The notes under the pieces are model-generated. The model was given only the letters and a program-made list of their open reading frames with translations, was not told where the DNA came from and ran no database searches. 64,000 nt of DNA. It comes from Candidatus Aminicenantes bacterium. Lineage in GTDB: Bacteria; Acidobacteriota; Aminicenantia; Aminicenantales; Aminicenantaceae. A program made the translations under genes and the position numbers. Positions 54,150-63,200 of the stretch are shown in pieces. The number at the start of each line of letters is the position of its first letter. Positions within the stretch are counted from its first letter, which is position 1. Location of the stretch: NCBI GenBank assembly GCA_011042725.1, contig DQWD01000234.1, positions 2,492 through 66,491 of the forward strand. Direction: 5' to 3'.

Positions 54150-55307
54150 TTATGGCCCCGGATTGTCGTTGTTCTGGTTAATTAAACGTAAAGTTGCTTG
54201 GATATAATCTTGCGGAGTTCTTTCCTGGGGGTCTAATTCAATGGTTGGGTGAAGACCGGTTAACCAGAATTTTTCCTCCTTCGAAAATTGAAATACAGCT
54301 GTAGTTAAAAGCAAAGCGGTTCCGTCATCGAAGGGAAACAATCTTTGCTGGCCAACTAAGCCAGGGGTTTTAGTTCCCACAACAAGAGCATTTCGGTATT
54401 TTTGGAGGCTGGCCGCGAGAAGTTCCGCTGGTCCTATGGTGGCCTGATTGGTCCAAATGATCAAGGGAATATCGGGAATTTTCACTGGAGAAGGGCAACT
54501 TACATATTGGAAAGGCTGGTTTTTTTTCTGGAAAAATCCGACTTGATTGACCTGGATGAAGTTATCAAGAATTTTGATGGCTTCTGAGTTTTCCCCTTCG
54601 GAGCAATTCCGCAAATCGATCACCAAGGGCTTAGTTGAGTGACTTAAACCAGGTAGGATCTCTTGTTCAAAAATCTGGGAAACTGGTGAGTAAAAATGGA
54701 GAATCTGCAAATTATTGGTTTTTTTATTTAGAGGGGAGAGCTTTAGAGGAGGGTTCTCTCTCCGTTTGAGAGTAAGATTAAATTTTAATTTTGTATTTTG
54801 TCGGAGCACATCCAGTTCGACACTTTGCGCTTTCTTGTCTTTAAGGGCTAAGTTAGTCTCCGTCATGCTCCAGCGGACAGTTGGTTGGCCATTTATCGAG
54901 GTGAGGAGATCACCTGTCTTTAAACCCGCTTCCATCGCTGGGGAGTCGTCCTTAATCCCAATGACAAGAGGAAAAGATCCGTATCTCTTATAAACAATTA
55001 GACCCGAATCGAAAATTGGATCTGATTTAAGAAGGGATAGTCTTTGGAGAGAGGCTTGACTGAGATAGCTGGAGAGAACATCAAGGGAATCAACTAAACC
55101 TTGGTAAGCTCCTTCCATAGCTTTCTGGGGATCTGGCTCGTCGACATAGTCTTTTTGGATGAGCTGAATGGTTGTTTGGAAGAGATTAAAATCGGACGAT
55201 TTGTTATTTTTAAAAACAAATCCGGGGAATATCCCCCGGTGAAAGAAAAAAATTAAAGTGCAAGTGAGAAGAAAAAAAAGAATTATTTTTATTTTCTTGG
55301 GATTCAT
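54150..55307 (-). CDS. S41 (C-terminal processing peptidase, Ctp) family homolog with PDZ domain, catalytic dyad not conserved
   Basis: 385-aa ORF with a signal anchor, a PDZ domain (GIKDDSPAMEAGLKTGDLLTSINGQP) and an S41 core (VIDLRN..., IIWTNQATIGPAELLAASLQKYRNALVVGTKTPGLVGQQ). The SASASE and TFGKG motifs are replaced (see finding). Confidence 0.8.
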   Translation of the reverse strand: MNPKKIKIILFFLLTCTLIFFFHRGIFPGFVFKNNKSSDFNLFQTTIQLIQKDYVDEPDPQKAMEGAYQGLVDSLDVLSSYLSQASLQRLSLLKSDPIFDSGLIVYKRYGSFPLVIGIKDDSPAMEAGLKTGDLLTSINGQPTVRWSMTETNLALKDKKAQSVELDVLRQNTKLKFNLTLKRRENPPLKLSPLNKKTNNLQILHFYSPVSQIFEQEILPGLSHSTKPLVIDLRNCSEGENSEAIKILDNFIQVNQVGFFQKKNQPFQYVSCPSPVKIPDIPLIIWTNQATIGPAELLAASLQKYRNALVVGTKTPGLVGQQRLFPFDDGTALLLTTAVFQFSKEEKFWLTGLHPTIELDPQERTPQDYIQATLRLINQNNDNPGP

Positions 55308-55342
55308 TATCTTCCTTATTTTGAAAAAATTGAATTATTATT

Positions 55343-56545
55343 CTACCATCTTCTTCTCAGCCATTTCAAGGGGTTGAGCGGCTTGGTCTTGAATCGCAGC
55401 TCAAAATAAAGAGCAGGACCAATTAGTGAGTCTGACTCTCCGACCAAGGCGATTGGTTGACCAGCTTGAACAATATCGCCTTTATCCACTAGAAATTCAG
55501 AACAATGGCCGTATAAGGAATAATAAGCCAGCCCGTGGTCAATGATAATTAGATTACCGTAGCCTCGAAAGTAGTCACAATAAACTACTGAACCGTCATG
55601 GATAGCTTTGATGGGGGTGTTATCGTGAGCGGCAATTTCAATCCCGTTGTTCATGACCAAAGTGTTAAACCGGGGATGACGTTGGATGCCAAAATTGGTC
55701 ACAATTTTACCTGAACAGGGCCAGGGAAGTCGCCCCTTTTTTTCGTAAAGAGGAATGATCTGGAAGGGAAGTTTAAGTTGGTCTTTTTCAATTTTTTCGA
55801 TTAATCTTTTCAGTTGTTGTGCCTGTTCATTTAGTTCTTGCAAAGTTTGGAGATAAGATTTTTGGTTAGTTTCAATCCTTCTAATCAAGGCCTTTTTTTG
55901 TCTTTCTTGCTGACGAAGTTCGGCTTCTTTTGTTTTTGATTGCTGCCAAAGAGATTGGAGTTCATTTTTCTTGTTTTCTAAGTTGGTCTCAGCTTCTTCT
56001 AGTTTATGGAGGGATTCAAGATATTGATGGATGATCTTTTGCTGATAATCAGCCAAAAGAGACAAGTGGTGTTCTTCGCTTAAAATTTGGCTTAAATTAT
56101 CGGCCCGCAGGAAAAAATCGAGAAGACCTGGTTGCCCAGATTTATAGATTACTTTTAAGATTTGACCCAAAGCTTTATTTTGTGAATTTAGTTCTTGGCG
56201 GAGAAGAGGTATTTTGGCCTTTATTTGAGATATTTCTTGGTCGGTTTGATCAATTTTGGTTTGATAGAGAGTAAGTTCTTTCCGAAGCATCCTTTTTTGG
56301 AGGGTAATTTGACTTAGTTCCGAAAGGAGAGAGTTTTTTCTTTTTTCTTCTTGTTGAAGGCGGCTTTTCAAGTTAGCAATTTCTTGACGCAGTTGGGCAA
56401 GCTTCTTTTGATAATCAATTGGCTGTTCAAAGGTGCTAGTACTTAGAGGGTTAAGCAAAAAGCTAAGCCCGAGCAAAACACAGATTGTCTTTCCGAAGAA
56501 CTTGCTTTTTTTGGCGGGCCAAAAAGTCGACAAGAAGTATTTCAT
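55343..56545 (-). CDS. envC: EnvC-like murein hydrolase activator: coiled coil + degenerate LytM (M23) domain
   Basis: 400-aa ORF with a signal peptide and ~230 aa of heptad-rich coiled coil. The C-terminal M23 domain has NNGIEIA in place of HxGxD and GPALYFEL in place of PHLHFE. Confidence 0.8.
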   Translation of the reverse strand: MKYFLSTFWPAKKSKFFGKTICVLLGLSFLLNPLSTSTFEQPIDYQKKLAQLRQEIANLKSRLQQEEKRKNSLLSELSQITLQKRMLRKELTLYQTKIDQTDQEISQIKAKIPLLRQELNSQNKALGQILKVIYKSGQPGLLDFFLRADNLSQILSEEHHLSLLADYQQKIIHQYLESLHKLEEAETNLENKKNELQSLWQQSKTKEAELRQQERQKKALIRRIETNQKSYLQTLQELNEQAQQLKRLIEKIEKDQLKLPFQIIPLYEKKGRLPWPCSGKIVTNFGIQRHPRFNTLVMNNGIEIAAHDNTPIKAIHDGSVVYCDYFRGYGNLIIIDHGLAYYSLYGHCSEFLVDKGDIVQAGQPIALVGESDSLIGPALYFELRFKTKPLNPLKWLRRRW

Positions 56546-57480
56546 TTTCTAAAAATATAGATAATACCACCTATTATACCCAAAATGAGCATAAAAATGA
56601 CATCTATTAAGGAGAAGGTAAAAGCTATGGCCGGGGAAATCGAGTAAAAGCCAAAAATTTCTATGTAAGCTCCCTCTCTTAATCCTAAGCCGTTAATGGT
56701 CACCGGAATTGTTAGCAGAAGCAGCACAATCGGTACAAAGATGAAGTAATCAAGTAAGGGAATGGATATTTTCAGGCTTAGTCCAATCAGATAATAATGA
56801 AGAATGACATTTATTTGCAGGAGTAAAGCCCAGAATAAGGCTTGAGCCAAACGAGCAGGGTGGTGGCGAAAAGAGCGACCAGTTTTTTGGAATTCGATGA
56901 TCTTTTTTTTGATGGTCTCAATTTTCCCTGCTTTAGGCCAAGATTCGACAAATTTCTGAGAGAGCGGAAAGAAAAAGATAATGATTAACAATAACCCTCC
57001 GCTGCCAAGCCCCAAGGCTAGCCAAATCACCGGAAATCGGGAAGCCATCTCAATTCTGGTTAAGGAAGCGATAAGCCCAAAAGCCAGAAGGATTAAAATT
57101 CCTGAAAGCCGCTCGACAAGAATGGTCGCTGTGGATTTGATTAAAGAATGAGAATAGCGACGGCTATCCCAGATGCGAACAACATCACCTCCAAATCTGG
57201 TAGGAAGAAAATTGTTGAAAAAAGTCCCGACTAAATATGACTTAATTAGAAACAAAAGAGGGACTTTATCTCCCTGGGCAGCCATCAAAATTTGCCACCG
57301 GATGGCGCTGAAAATTAGGCCTAGCGCATGAAGCGAGAAGGAAAGAAGAAGCCAGGGAATGATGACTCCTTTGAGGGTAACTCCGACTTCTCGGAGAGAA
57401 ACTTTAAAGCAAAGCAGCAAAATGAGAATAGTCAAGCTGAAGACCAGCTTGAAGATGAAAGAAAAATTTTTAAATCGCAT
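56542..57480 (-). CDS. UPF0104 / flippase-like (LPG-synthase TM-type) membrane protein
   Basis: 312-aa ORF with ~8 TM helices and a SAIRWQILM motif typical of this family. Its stop overlaps the envC start (ATGA at 56542-56545). Confidence 0.7.
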   Translation of the reverse strand: MRFKNFSFIFKLVFSLTILILLLCFKVSLREVGVTLKGVIIPWLLLSFSLHALGLIFSAIRWQILMAAQGDKVPLLFLIKSYLVGTFFNNFLPTRFGGDVVRIWDSRRYSHSLIKSTATILVERLSGILILLAFGLIASLTRIEMASRFPVIWLALGLGSGGLLLIIIFFFPLSQKFVESWPKAGKIETIKKKIIEFQKTGRSFRHHPARLAQALFWALLLQINVILHYYLIGLSLKISIPLLDYFIFVPIVLLLLTIPVTINGLGLREGAYIEIFGFYSISPAIAFTFSLIDVIFMLILGIIGGIIYIFRK

Positions 57481-57514
57481 GCTTGGTCGTTGTTTATTGC
57501 CTCTCCTCAGACTC

Positions 57515-58879
57515 TCACTGCTGGATTAGGATGCGGATGAACACTAAAATCAGAATGATGGCCAAGGGAGCTAAAAATTTTATGTTGAAAATCCACAGGG
57601 GTTTTAGGCGAAAGGATTTGTTCCCGGAGGAAATTTCTTGGAGAGCTTTAGCCACTCCCCACGAGTAGGCCAGGAAAATGGTAATGAATAATCCTCCCAC
57701 GGCTAACATTATATTCCCAAAGATTAAGTCCATTTTCATCATGAAATTAGTTTTTGTTATCCAGGGAAGAGCCCCATTGGAGAGAGCCGAAGGGATTCCT
57801 AAAATAAAAGCCGCCCCCCCAACAATAAGAGCAGCCTTCTCTCTTTTCCAATTATGTTCATCAACCAAAAAAGCTGTCGGCACTTCTAAAAGAGAAATGG
57901 TTGAAGTAAGAGCGGCCACGAGCAGGAGAACAAAAAAGAATAGCCCAAAGATATAACCTCCCGGGAGTTTGGAAATAATTAAGGGAAAAACCTGGAACAT
58001 TAATCCCGTGCCCACCTGAAGTCCTTCGAGGTTATTCGTTGCGGAAAGAGTCGGGAAAATAATTATGCCGGCTAAAAAGGCTACCAGAGTAGTGGAAAAA
58101 CACACCCAGCCTGCTGAGGAAACCAGGTTTTCTCGTTTGGAAATATAGCTTCCGTAAGTCATCATGGTCCCCATCCCCAAGCTGAGGGAGAAAAAGGCTT
58201 GGCCCACCGCAAAGAAGAGAACTTTGGGATCAATTTTGGTCAATTCGGGCTTTAAATAAAAAGCCAGTCCTTTGCCAGCACCAGGTAAGGTAAGAGCTCT
58301 GATGGCCAAGAAGATAATGAGAGCAAAGAGCAAGGGCATTAAAATTTTAGACCATCTCTCAATTCCTCCCTTGACTCCTTTGGAAATAACGAAAGTGGTC
58401 AGGCCGATGATGATGAGCAAACAAAAGAGAACTTCCAAAGGATTGGCAGCAAAAGAGGAAAAAATATGGTCAGAAAGCTCCCAAGTGACTTCTCCCCGGA
58501 AAACTCCAAATAAAGTTTTGTAAAAATAGCCAAAGGCCCATCCGGCCACCACGGAATAGTAAGAAAGAATGAAAACTCCCGTTAGAACTCCCATGTAACC
58601 GACCAATTTCCAAGGTGTTCCGGGCTTGATAGCATTAAAGGCTCCGACGGGATTACGCTCGGTATGACGGCCAATGGTCAATTCGGCCAACATAACCGGA
58701 AAACCAATAAAGAAAACAGCCAAAATATAGGCAAGAACGAATATAGCTCCTCCATTTAAACCTACCATGAGAGGAAAACGCCAAATGCTTCCCAGTCCGA
58801 TAGCTGAGCCGGAAGCAGCAAATATAAAAGCAATCTTTGAGCCCCAATTTCCCCGAGCGGATTGCTCTACACTGCTCAT
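57515..58879 (-). CDS. Neurotransmitter:sodium symporter (NSS/SNF) family transporter
   Basis: 454-aa ORF. N-terminal WGSKIAFIFAASGSAIGLGSIWRFPLMVGLNGGAIF is the NSS signature. About 11-12 TM helices. Confidence 0.9.
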   Translation of the reverse strand: MSSVEQSARGNWGSKIAFIFAASGSAIGLGSIWRFPLMVGLNGGAIFVLAYILAVFFIGFPVMLAELTIGRHTERNPVGAFNAIKPGTPWKLVGYMGVLTGVFILSYYSVVAGWAFGYFYKTLFGVFRGEVTWELSDHIFSSFAANPLEVLFCLLIIIGLTTFVISKGVKGGIERWSKILMPLLFALIIFLAIRALTLPGAGKGLAFYLKPELTKIDPKVLFFAVGQAFFSLSLGMGTMMTYGSYISKRENLVSSAGWVCFSTTLVAFLAGIIIFPTLSATNNLEGLQVGTGLMFQVFPLIISKLPGGYIFGLFFFVLLLVAALTSTISLLEVPTAFLVDEHNWKREKAALIVGGAAFILGIPSALSNGALPWITKTNFMMKMDLIFGNIMLAVGGLFITIFLAYSWGVAKALQEISSGNKSFRLKPLWIFNIKFLAPLAIILILVFIRILIQQ

Positions 58880-59006
58880 TTGTCACTCCTTATGGAAGTC
58901 TAAAATCGAGATATTATTACCACAATCACCCTCGCTTGTAAAAGAATTTAGCATCTCTTCGTTAAACTCTAAAGAGCCTTATGCTAAGATATTTACCTAG
59001 AAGAAG

Positions 59007-60368
59007 ATGGCAAGAAATTCCAATTGGTTAAATTCAAGGCAGGCTTTGACCCTTCTTAACGATATCATTGAAGATGCTCTGGCGGCAGTTAGTCCTTTAA
59101 GATTGATCGGCGATTCTCTCCGGAGAGGAGATCACTGTCTGGTCATTAATGATGAAAAAATTGATTTGACCCCATTCCAAAAGTTCTGGTTAGTAGCTAT
59201 CGGCAAAGTCGCTCCCTATCTCACCTCAGCTTTTCTGGAACACGTAAACTTGCCCTTGGCGGGAGGAATCTGTCTTTACCTGCCTCCTAAGCCGGATGAA
59301 TTTTCCTCTCTCCGTCTCCTCCCTTCTTCCCATCCACTTCCCTCTCGCAAAAGTGTCCAAGGAGCGCGGGAAATATTGTCGCTAGTCAGTTCCTTAGGGG
59401 AAAGCGATTTATTAATAACGCTAATTTCTGGCGGTGGATCAGCTCAACTTACTTTGCCGCTAGCCGGGATTTCTTTAGCCGCGAAAAAGAAGATTACGCA
59501 AGAATTGATGAAAGCTGGGGCGAATATTCGTGAATTAAATACGGTAAGAAAGCATCTTTCGGCGATTAAAGGTGGTCGCTTAGCCCAAGCTGCTTATCCG
59601 ACGCAGATAATAAACCTGGTTGTTTCCGATGTCATCGGCAATGATTTGGAAGTTATTGCTTCTGGGCCTACTTGGTTTGATTCTTCGACTTATGAAGATG
59701 CTTATCTTGTTCTCCGTCAATATGAGCTTTGGGATTCTAGCCCTTTATCGATTAAAAGGGTGATTGAAAAAGGCCGGCAAGGTCTCTTGACCGAAACTTT
59801 AAAACCAGGTGATAAGGTTTTTTCCCGAGTAAAATCATTTATTATCGGAGACAACATAGTGGCTCTAAGGGCCGCCCAGGCCAGAGCTGCTCGCCAAGGA
59901 TGGCAGTCGATAATCGTTTCCAATCAAGACCAAGGCGAAGCTCGCAACACAGCTCGAAACTATGCGGGACTATTAGCTTCCCTGATGGATTTGGAGCGGA
60001 GTTTTTCCCGGCCCCTTCTTCTTCTCAGTGGTGGAGAACTGACCGTCACTGTGCAAGGGAAAGGAAGAGGAGGCCGGAACCAAGAATTTGCCTTAGCCAT
60101 GCTGCTAGAGATGAAAAAGTTGGGAATGGAGCAAGGGAATTGGCTAGTCGTTAGTGTCGGAAGTGATGGTCGCGACGGCCCAACAGATGCTGCTGGAGCT
60201 TGGGTTGATGGTCGAACGTGGGAGAAAGTAAAACAACAAAATCTCTCCCCCCAAGAATTTCTTCAAGAGAATGATTCTTACAATTTTTTTAAAAAGCTAA
60301 GGCAATTAATTTATACGGGTCCCACGCAAACCAATGTGATGGATTTGCGGTTTTTCTTGCTGTGGTAA
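59007..60368 (+). CDS. Glycerate 2-kinase / hydroxypyruvate reductase-like (DUF4147 + MOFRL domains)
   Basis: 453-aa ORF. LISGGGSAQLTLP, RKHLSAIKGGRLA and GGRNQEFALA...GSDGRDGPTDAAGA are typical of the MOFRL family. Confidence 0.8.
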   Translation: MARNSNWLNSRQALTLLNDIIEDALAAVSPLRLIGDSLRRGDHCLVINDEKIDLTPFQKFWLVAIGKVAPYLTSAFLEHVNLPLAGGICLYLPPKPDEFSSLRLLPSSHPLPSRKSVQGAREILSLVSSLGESDLLITLISGGGSAQLTLPLAGISLAAKKKITQELMKAGANIRELNTVRKHLSAIKGGRLAQAAYPTQIINLVVSDVIGNDLEVIASGPTWFDSSTYEDAYLVLRQYELWDSSPLSIKRVIEKGRQGLLTETLKPGDKVFSRVKSFIIGDNIVALRAAQARAARQGWQSIIVSNQDQGEARNTARNYAGLLASLMDLERSFSRPLLLLSGGELTVTVQGKGRGGRNQEFALAMLLEMKKLGMEQGNWLVVSVGSDGRDGPTDAAGAWVDGRTWEKVKQQNLSPQEFLQENDSYNFFKKLRQLIYTGPTQTNVMDLRFFLLW

Positions 60369-60582
60369 TCCGTTATTTAGGATTGATTCATTACCAGCAG
60401 GCTTGGTGAGCTTCAATGGTTGGGCCCCAAAAAATTTTACTGCTTTGCTGAGGAATATCCTCGAAGTTGTTTTTGTTTTTTTGATGCCCTGAATTGAATT
60501 GTGATATATTAACCATAGATAGAAGTAACTTGATTATAAGTAAAGTCGAAATAAGTAATGGTTTCCCCTGCGGAGGAAAAAG

Positions 60583-61047
60583 ATGAAAGATGAGATAAAA
60601 AATAAACTGAACAGTTTTTTTGAAGACATCCGGATAATCGAACAGAGCCAGGAAGAAGCGAAACTTGAGTTTGAACAGTTTTGTGAGTTCATTGCCGAAC
60701 CTGCTTTTGAGGAGTTAATTGAAGGATTAGAAGAAATGGGAAGCAAAGCAAGAATCATTAAAAGTCCTCGCGAGTGGATCTTAATTAGAATTAACTTCAA
60801 TTTTAGTCAACCAATTGTTTTTGAATATAAACTTGAATTGATACCCAAAACTGTCCGGTTGAAATTAAATCAAATAGTCCGCTACCGGCTGGCTAAAGAG
60901 AGGGAATGGCAAGAGAGAGTTGAGCTTTTCCAGCTCGAATCCCAAGAAAAAGATCTAATAAAAATAGATAAAAATGTTCTCCTAGCGAATTTTCTTAAAA
61001 CTTGTCAGGAGCATCTCTTCCGTTTTGTCACATCGCCAACCCTTTAA
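60583..61047 (+). CDS. Hypothetical protein (154 aa)
   Basis: ORF preceded by GGAGGAAAAAG. Acidic helical N-terminus followed by a beta-rich region. No recognisable motif. Confidence 0.45.
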   Translation: MKDEIKNKLNSFFEDIRIIEQSQEEAKLEFEQFCEFIAEPAFEELIEGLEEMGSKARIIKSPREWILIRINFNFSQPIVFEYKLELIPKTVRLKLNQIVRYRLAKEREWQERVELFQLESQEKDLIKIDKNVLLANFLKTCQEHLFRFVTSPTL

Positions 61048-61057
61048 AAAGACTAGA

Positions 61058-61963
61058 TTAGAGACCATCTAATCGAGTAAGGCCATATTTACGGGCTAAG
61101 TGAAGAGCTTGCCGAAATTCTTGAGAGGTTATCCGGCGCTGGAGAGGAGAATCGAAGGGGATATCTCCCCAAGGGTGATATTGATCCATGATGTTGATAT
61201 AGGTGTTAATTGAAATTTCCTGAGCTAAAAACTTCATCACTTTTTCAGATCCGGCTAGATTTTCCGGAAGAATAAGATGACGAACTAAAAGGCCTTTTTC
61301 CGCAATTCCTTCCTTATTGATAACTAAATCACCAACTTGGCGATGCATTTCTTTTATTGCCTGGCGAGCTCGCTCAGGATAATCAGAGGCTTGAGAATAT
61401 TTTTGAGCTGCTTGACAGCTAGTGTATTTAAAATCAGGCATATAGATGTCAACTATTCCTTCTAAAAGGCGAAGGGTGTCTACTGAATCGTATCCTCCGG
61501 TATTATAAACGAGGGGAAGAGAGAGACCTAGTTTAACAGCGATCTCCAGTGCTTTGAGAATTTGCGGAACGAAGTGGGTAGGAGTTACCAGATTTATATT
61601 GTGACAGCCAAGGAGTTGAAGTTGCAGCATCATCCGGGCTAGGGTTTCAAAACTAATCTCTTGCCCTTCAGCTCCATGACTAATGGAGTAATTTTGACAA
61701 TAGAGGCAATAAAGGTTACAAAAAGAAAAGAAAATGGTTCCCGAGCCATGGCGGCCGACTAATGGTTTTTCTTCCCCGAAGTGAGGGGCAAATGAGGCTA
61801 CTCGCGGTAAGAATCCCGCCCGGCAAAAGCCGGTTTCTCCCTTCAGGCGATTAACCCGACATTGACGGGGACAGATGGTGCAATTTTCGAGCCGAGAGAA
61901 AGCAAGGTGGATTTTTTCTTCCAAAATACCTTGCTTATAGCTCTCGATATAACTTGCTTTCAT
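61058..61963 (-). CDS. Radical SAM protein, PflX/COG1313-like (activase-type)
   Basis: 301-aa ORF. N-terminal Cys cluster CTICPRQCRVNRLKGETGFCR and a radical SAM motif FSFCNLYCLYCQN. Confidence 0.8.
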   Translation of the reverse strand: MKASYIESYKQGILEEKIHLAFSRLENCTICPRQCRVNRLKGETGFCRAGFLPRVASFAPHFGEEKPLVGRHGSGTIFFSFCNLYCLYCQNYSISHGAEGQEISFETLARMMLQLQLLGCHNINLVTPTHFVPQILKALEIAVKLGLSLPLVYNTGGYDSVDTLRLLEGIVDIYMPDFKYTSCQAAQKYSQASDYPERARQAIKEMHRQVGDLVINKEGIAEKGLLVRHLILPENLAGSEKVMKFLAQEISINTYINIMDQYHPWGDIPFDSPLQRRITSQEFRQALHLARKYGLTRLDGL

Positions 61964-62155
61964 CAGGTTTTGACTTGTTGGTTAATCTGGCTAACAACTG
62001 GTTATGGTTAAAACTATCGCCCTTGTTTTAACTAGGTTTTAATATAAATTGGTTATTGCTGATGGTCAATAGGTGAGCGAGGGAAGAGTGGGGGGGAAGA
62101 AATTTGGAAATGTTTTTTTCCTCAGGCGAGAAGGCTTGAATAAAAAATTTTTTTT

Positions 62156-62181
62156 AATATTATTCTTTTAAATATTATTCT
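62156..62181. repeat. Tandem direct repeat AATATTATTCT x2 (period 15) in the pgeF upstream region
   Basis: Exact 11-nt copies at 62156-62166 and 62171-62181, separated by TTTA. They lie ~60 nt upstream of ATG 62243. Confidence 0.6.
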
Positions 62182-62242
62182 GGAAAAGTAAAGGATATGA
62201 TGGTTATCTTGACAAGGGATTTCGGAGTTAAAAATAAGGATT

Positions 62243-62974
62243 ATGTCTGGGAAAGGTAAGCACCAAAATGACCGCCATTTACTTTTTTGGCCCATCTCTC
62301 TTTTTGAAGATATTCCTGGTTTGATTTCTGGTTTTGGAACTCGCTACTTAACCAAGAAGAAACTTGAATCAATGTCGGCTCTTTTAGCTCTAAAACTAGT
62401 TTTTATCGATCAAATCCACTCGGATAAGTTCCAGTTTATTGATTCTCACGGAGGACAATTACTGGCGGGGGATGCTTTAATCACCAGAGCGGCGGGTTTG
62501 TTGCTTTGTGTCCGGACCGCCGATTGCCTGCCGGTTTTAATTGTGGAGCCAAAAACACAAGTAATTGCTGCTGTGCACTGTGGATGGCGAGGAACAGCTC
62601 AGCAATTATTATTGAAAGTAGTAAATTTCATGATTAATGACCTTCGCTGTGCTGGCGAAGATCTGCTTTTTGCTTTTGGTCCACGAATATGTGGACATTG
62701 TTACGAAGTTGGTCAAGAAGTGAGGAAGGCTTTTGCCAACCAGTCGACTAAATTTATCGGTTTCCATTCCCATCGCCAAGGAGAAAGAAAATGGAATTTT
62801 GACTTGCTTGAGGCTAATTTAGCTCAACTAAGAGAGGCAGGGGTGAACAGGGAGCAAACTGAAGTTATCGACCAATGCACATATCACCATTCTGATTGGT
62901 GGTCATACCGTAAAAATGGGTTGCAGGCAGGAAGGCTTTTTAATTTTATTGGCTGGAGGACAGAAAAAGCCTGA
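62243..62974 (+). CDS. pgeF: Peptidoglycan editing factor / purine nucleoside phosphorylase YfiH family (laccase-domain protein)
   Basis: 243-aa ORF with GDALITR, RTADCLPVL, AAVHCGWRG and CGHCYEVG (conserved His/Cys/His metal site). Confidence 0.85.
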   Translation: MSGKGKHQNDRHLLFWPISLFEDIPGLISGFGTRYLTKKKLESMSALLALKLVFIDQIHSDKFQFIDSHGGQLLAGDALITRAAGLLLCVRTADCLPVLIVEPKTQVIAAVHCGWRGTAQQLLLKVVNFMINDLRCAGEDLLFAFGPRICGHCYEVGQEVRKAFANQSTKFIGFHSHRQGERKWNFDLLEANLAQLREAGVNREQTEVIDQCTYHHSDWWSYRKNGLQAGRLFNFIGWRTEKA

Positions 62975-63200
62975 CGACGAATTGCTTTTTTGCTTCAAAT
63001 TAGATAATTTAGGTTCATCCCAATAATAAAAGTAGGAAATATAATATAAATCGATGAATAACCGAACAAACAAATGGCAAAATATGTATATGAAAGTAGC
63101 CACTAATAAGAAAATAAGTATTGGACCCAGGTAGGAAAAAATAATTACGGATTAATTTCGGTGAGTGAAGTAGATTTTTTTCAACAAAAGGAGAGAGGCA

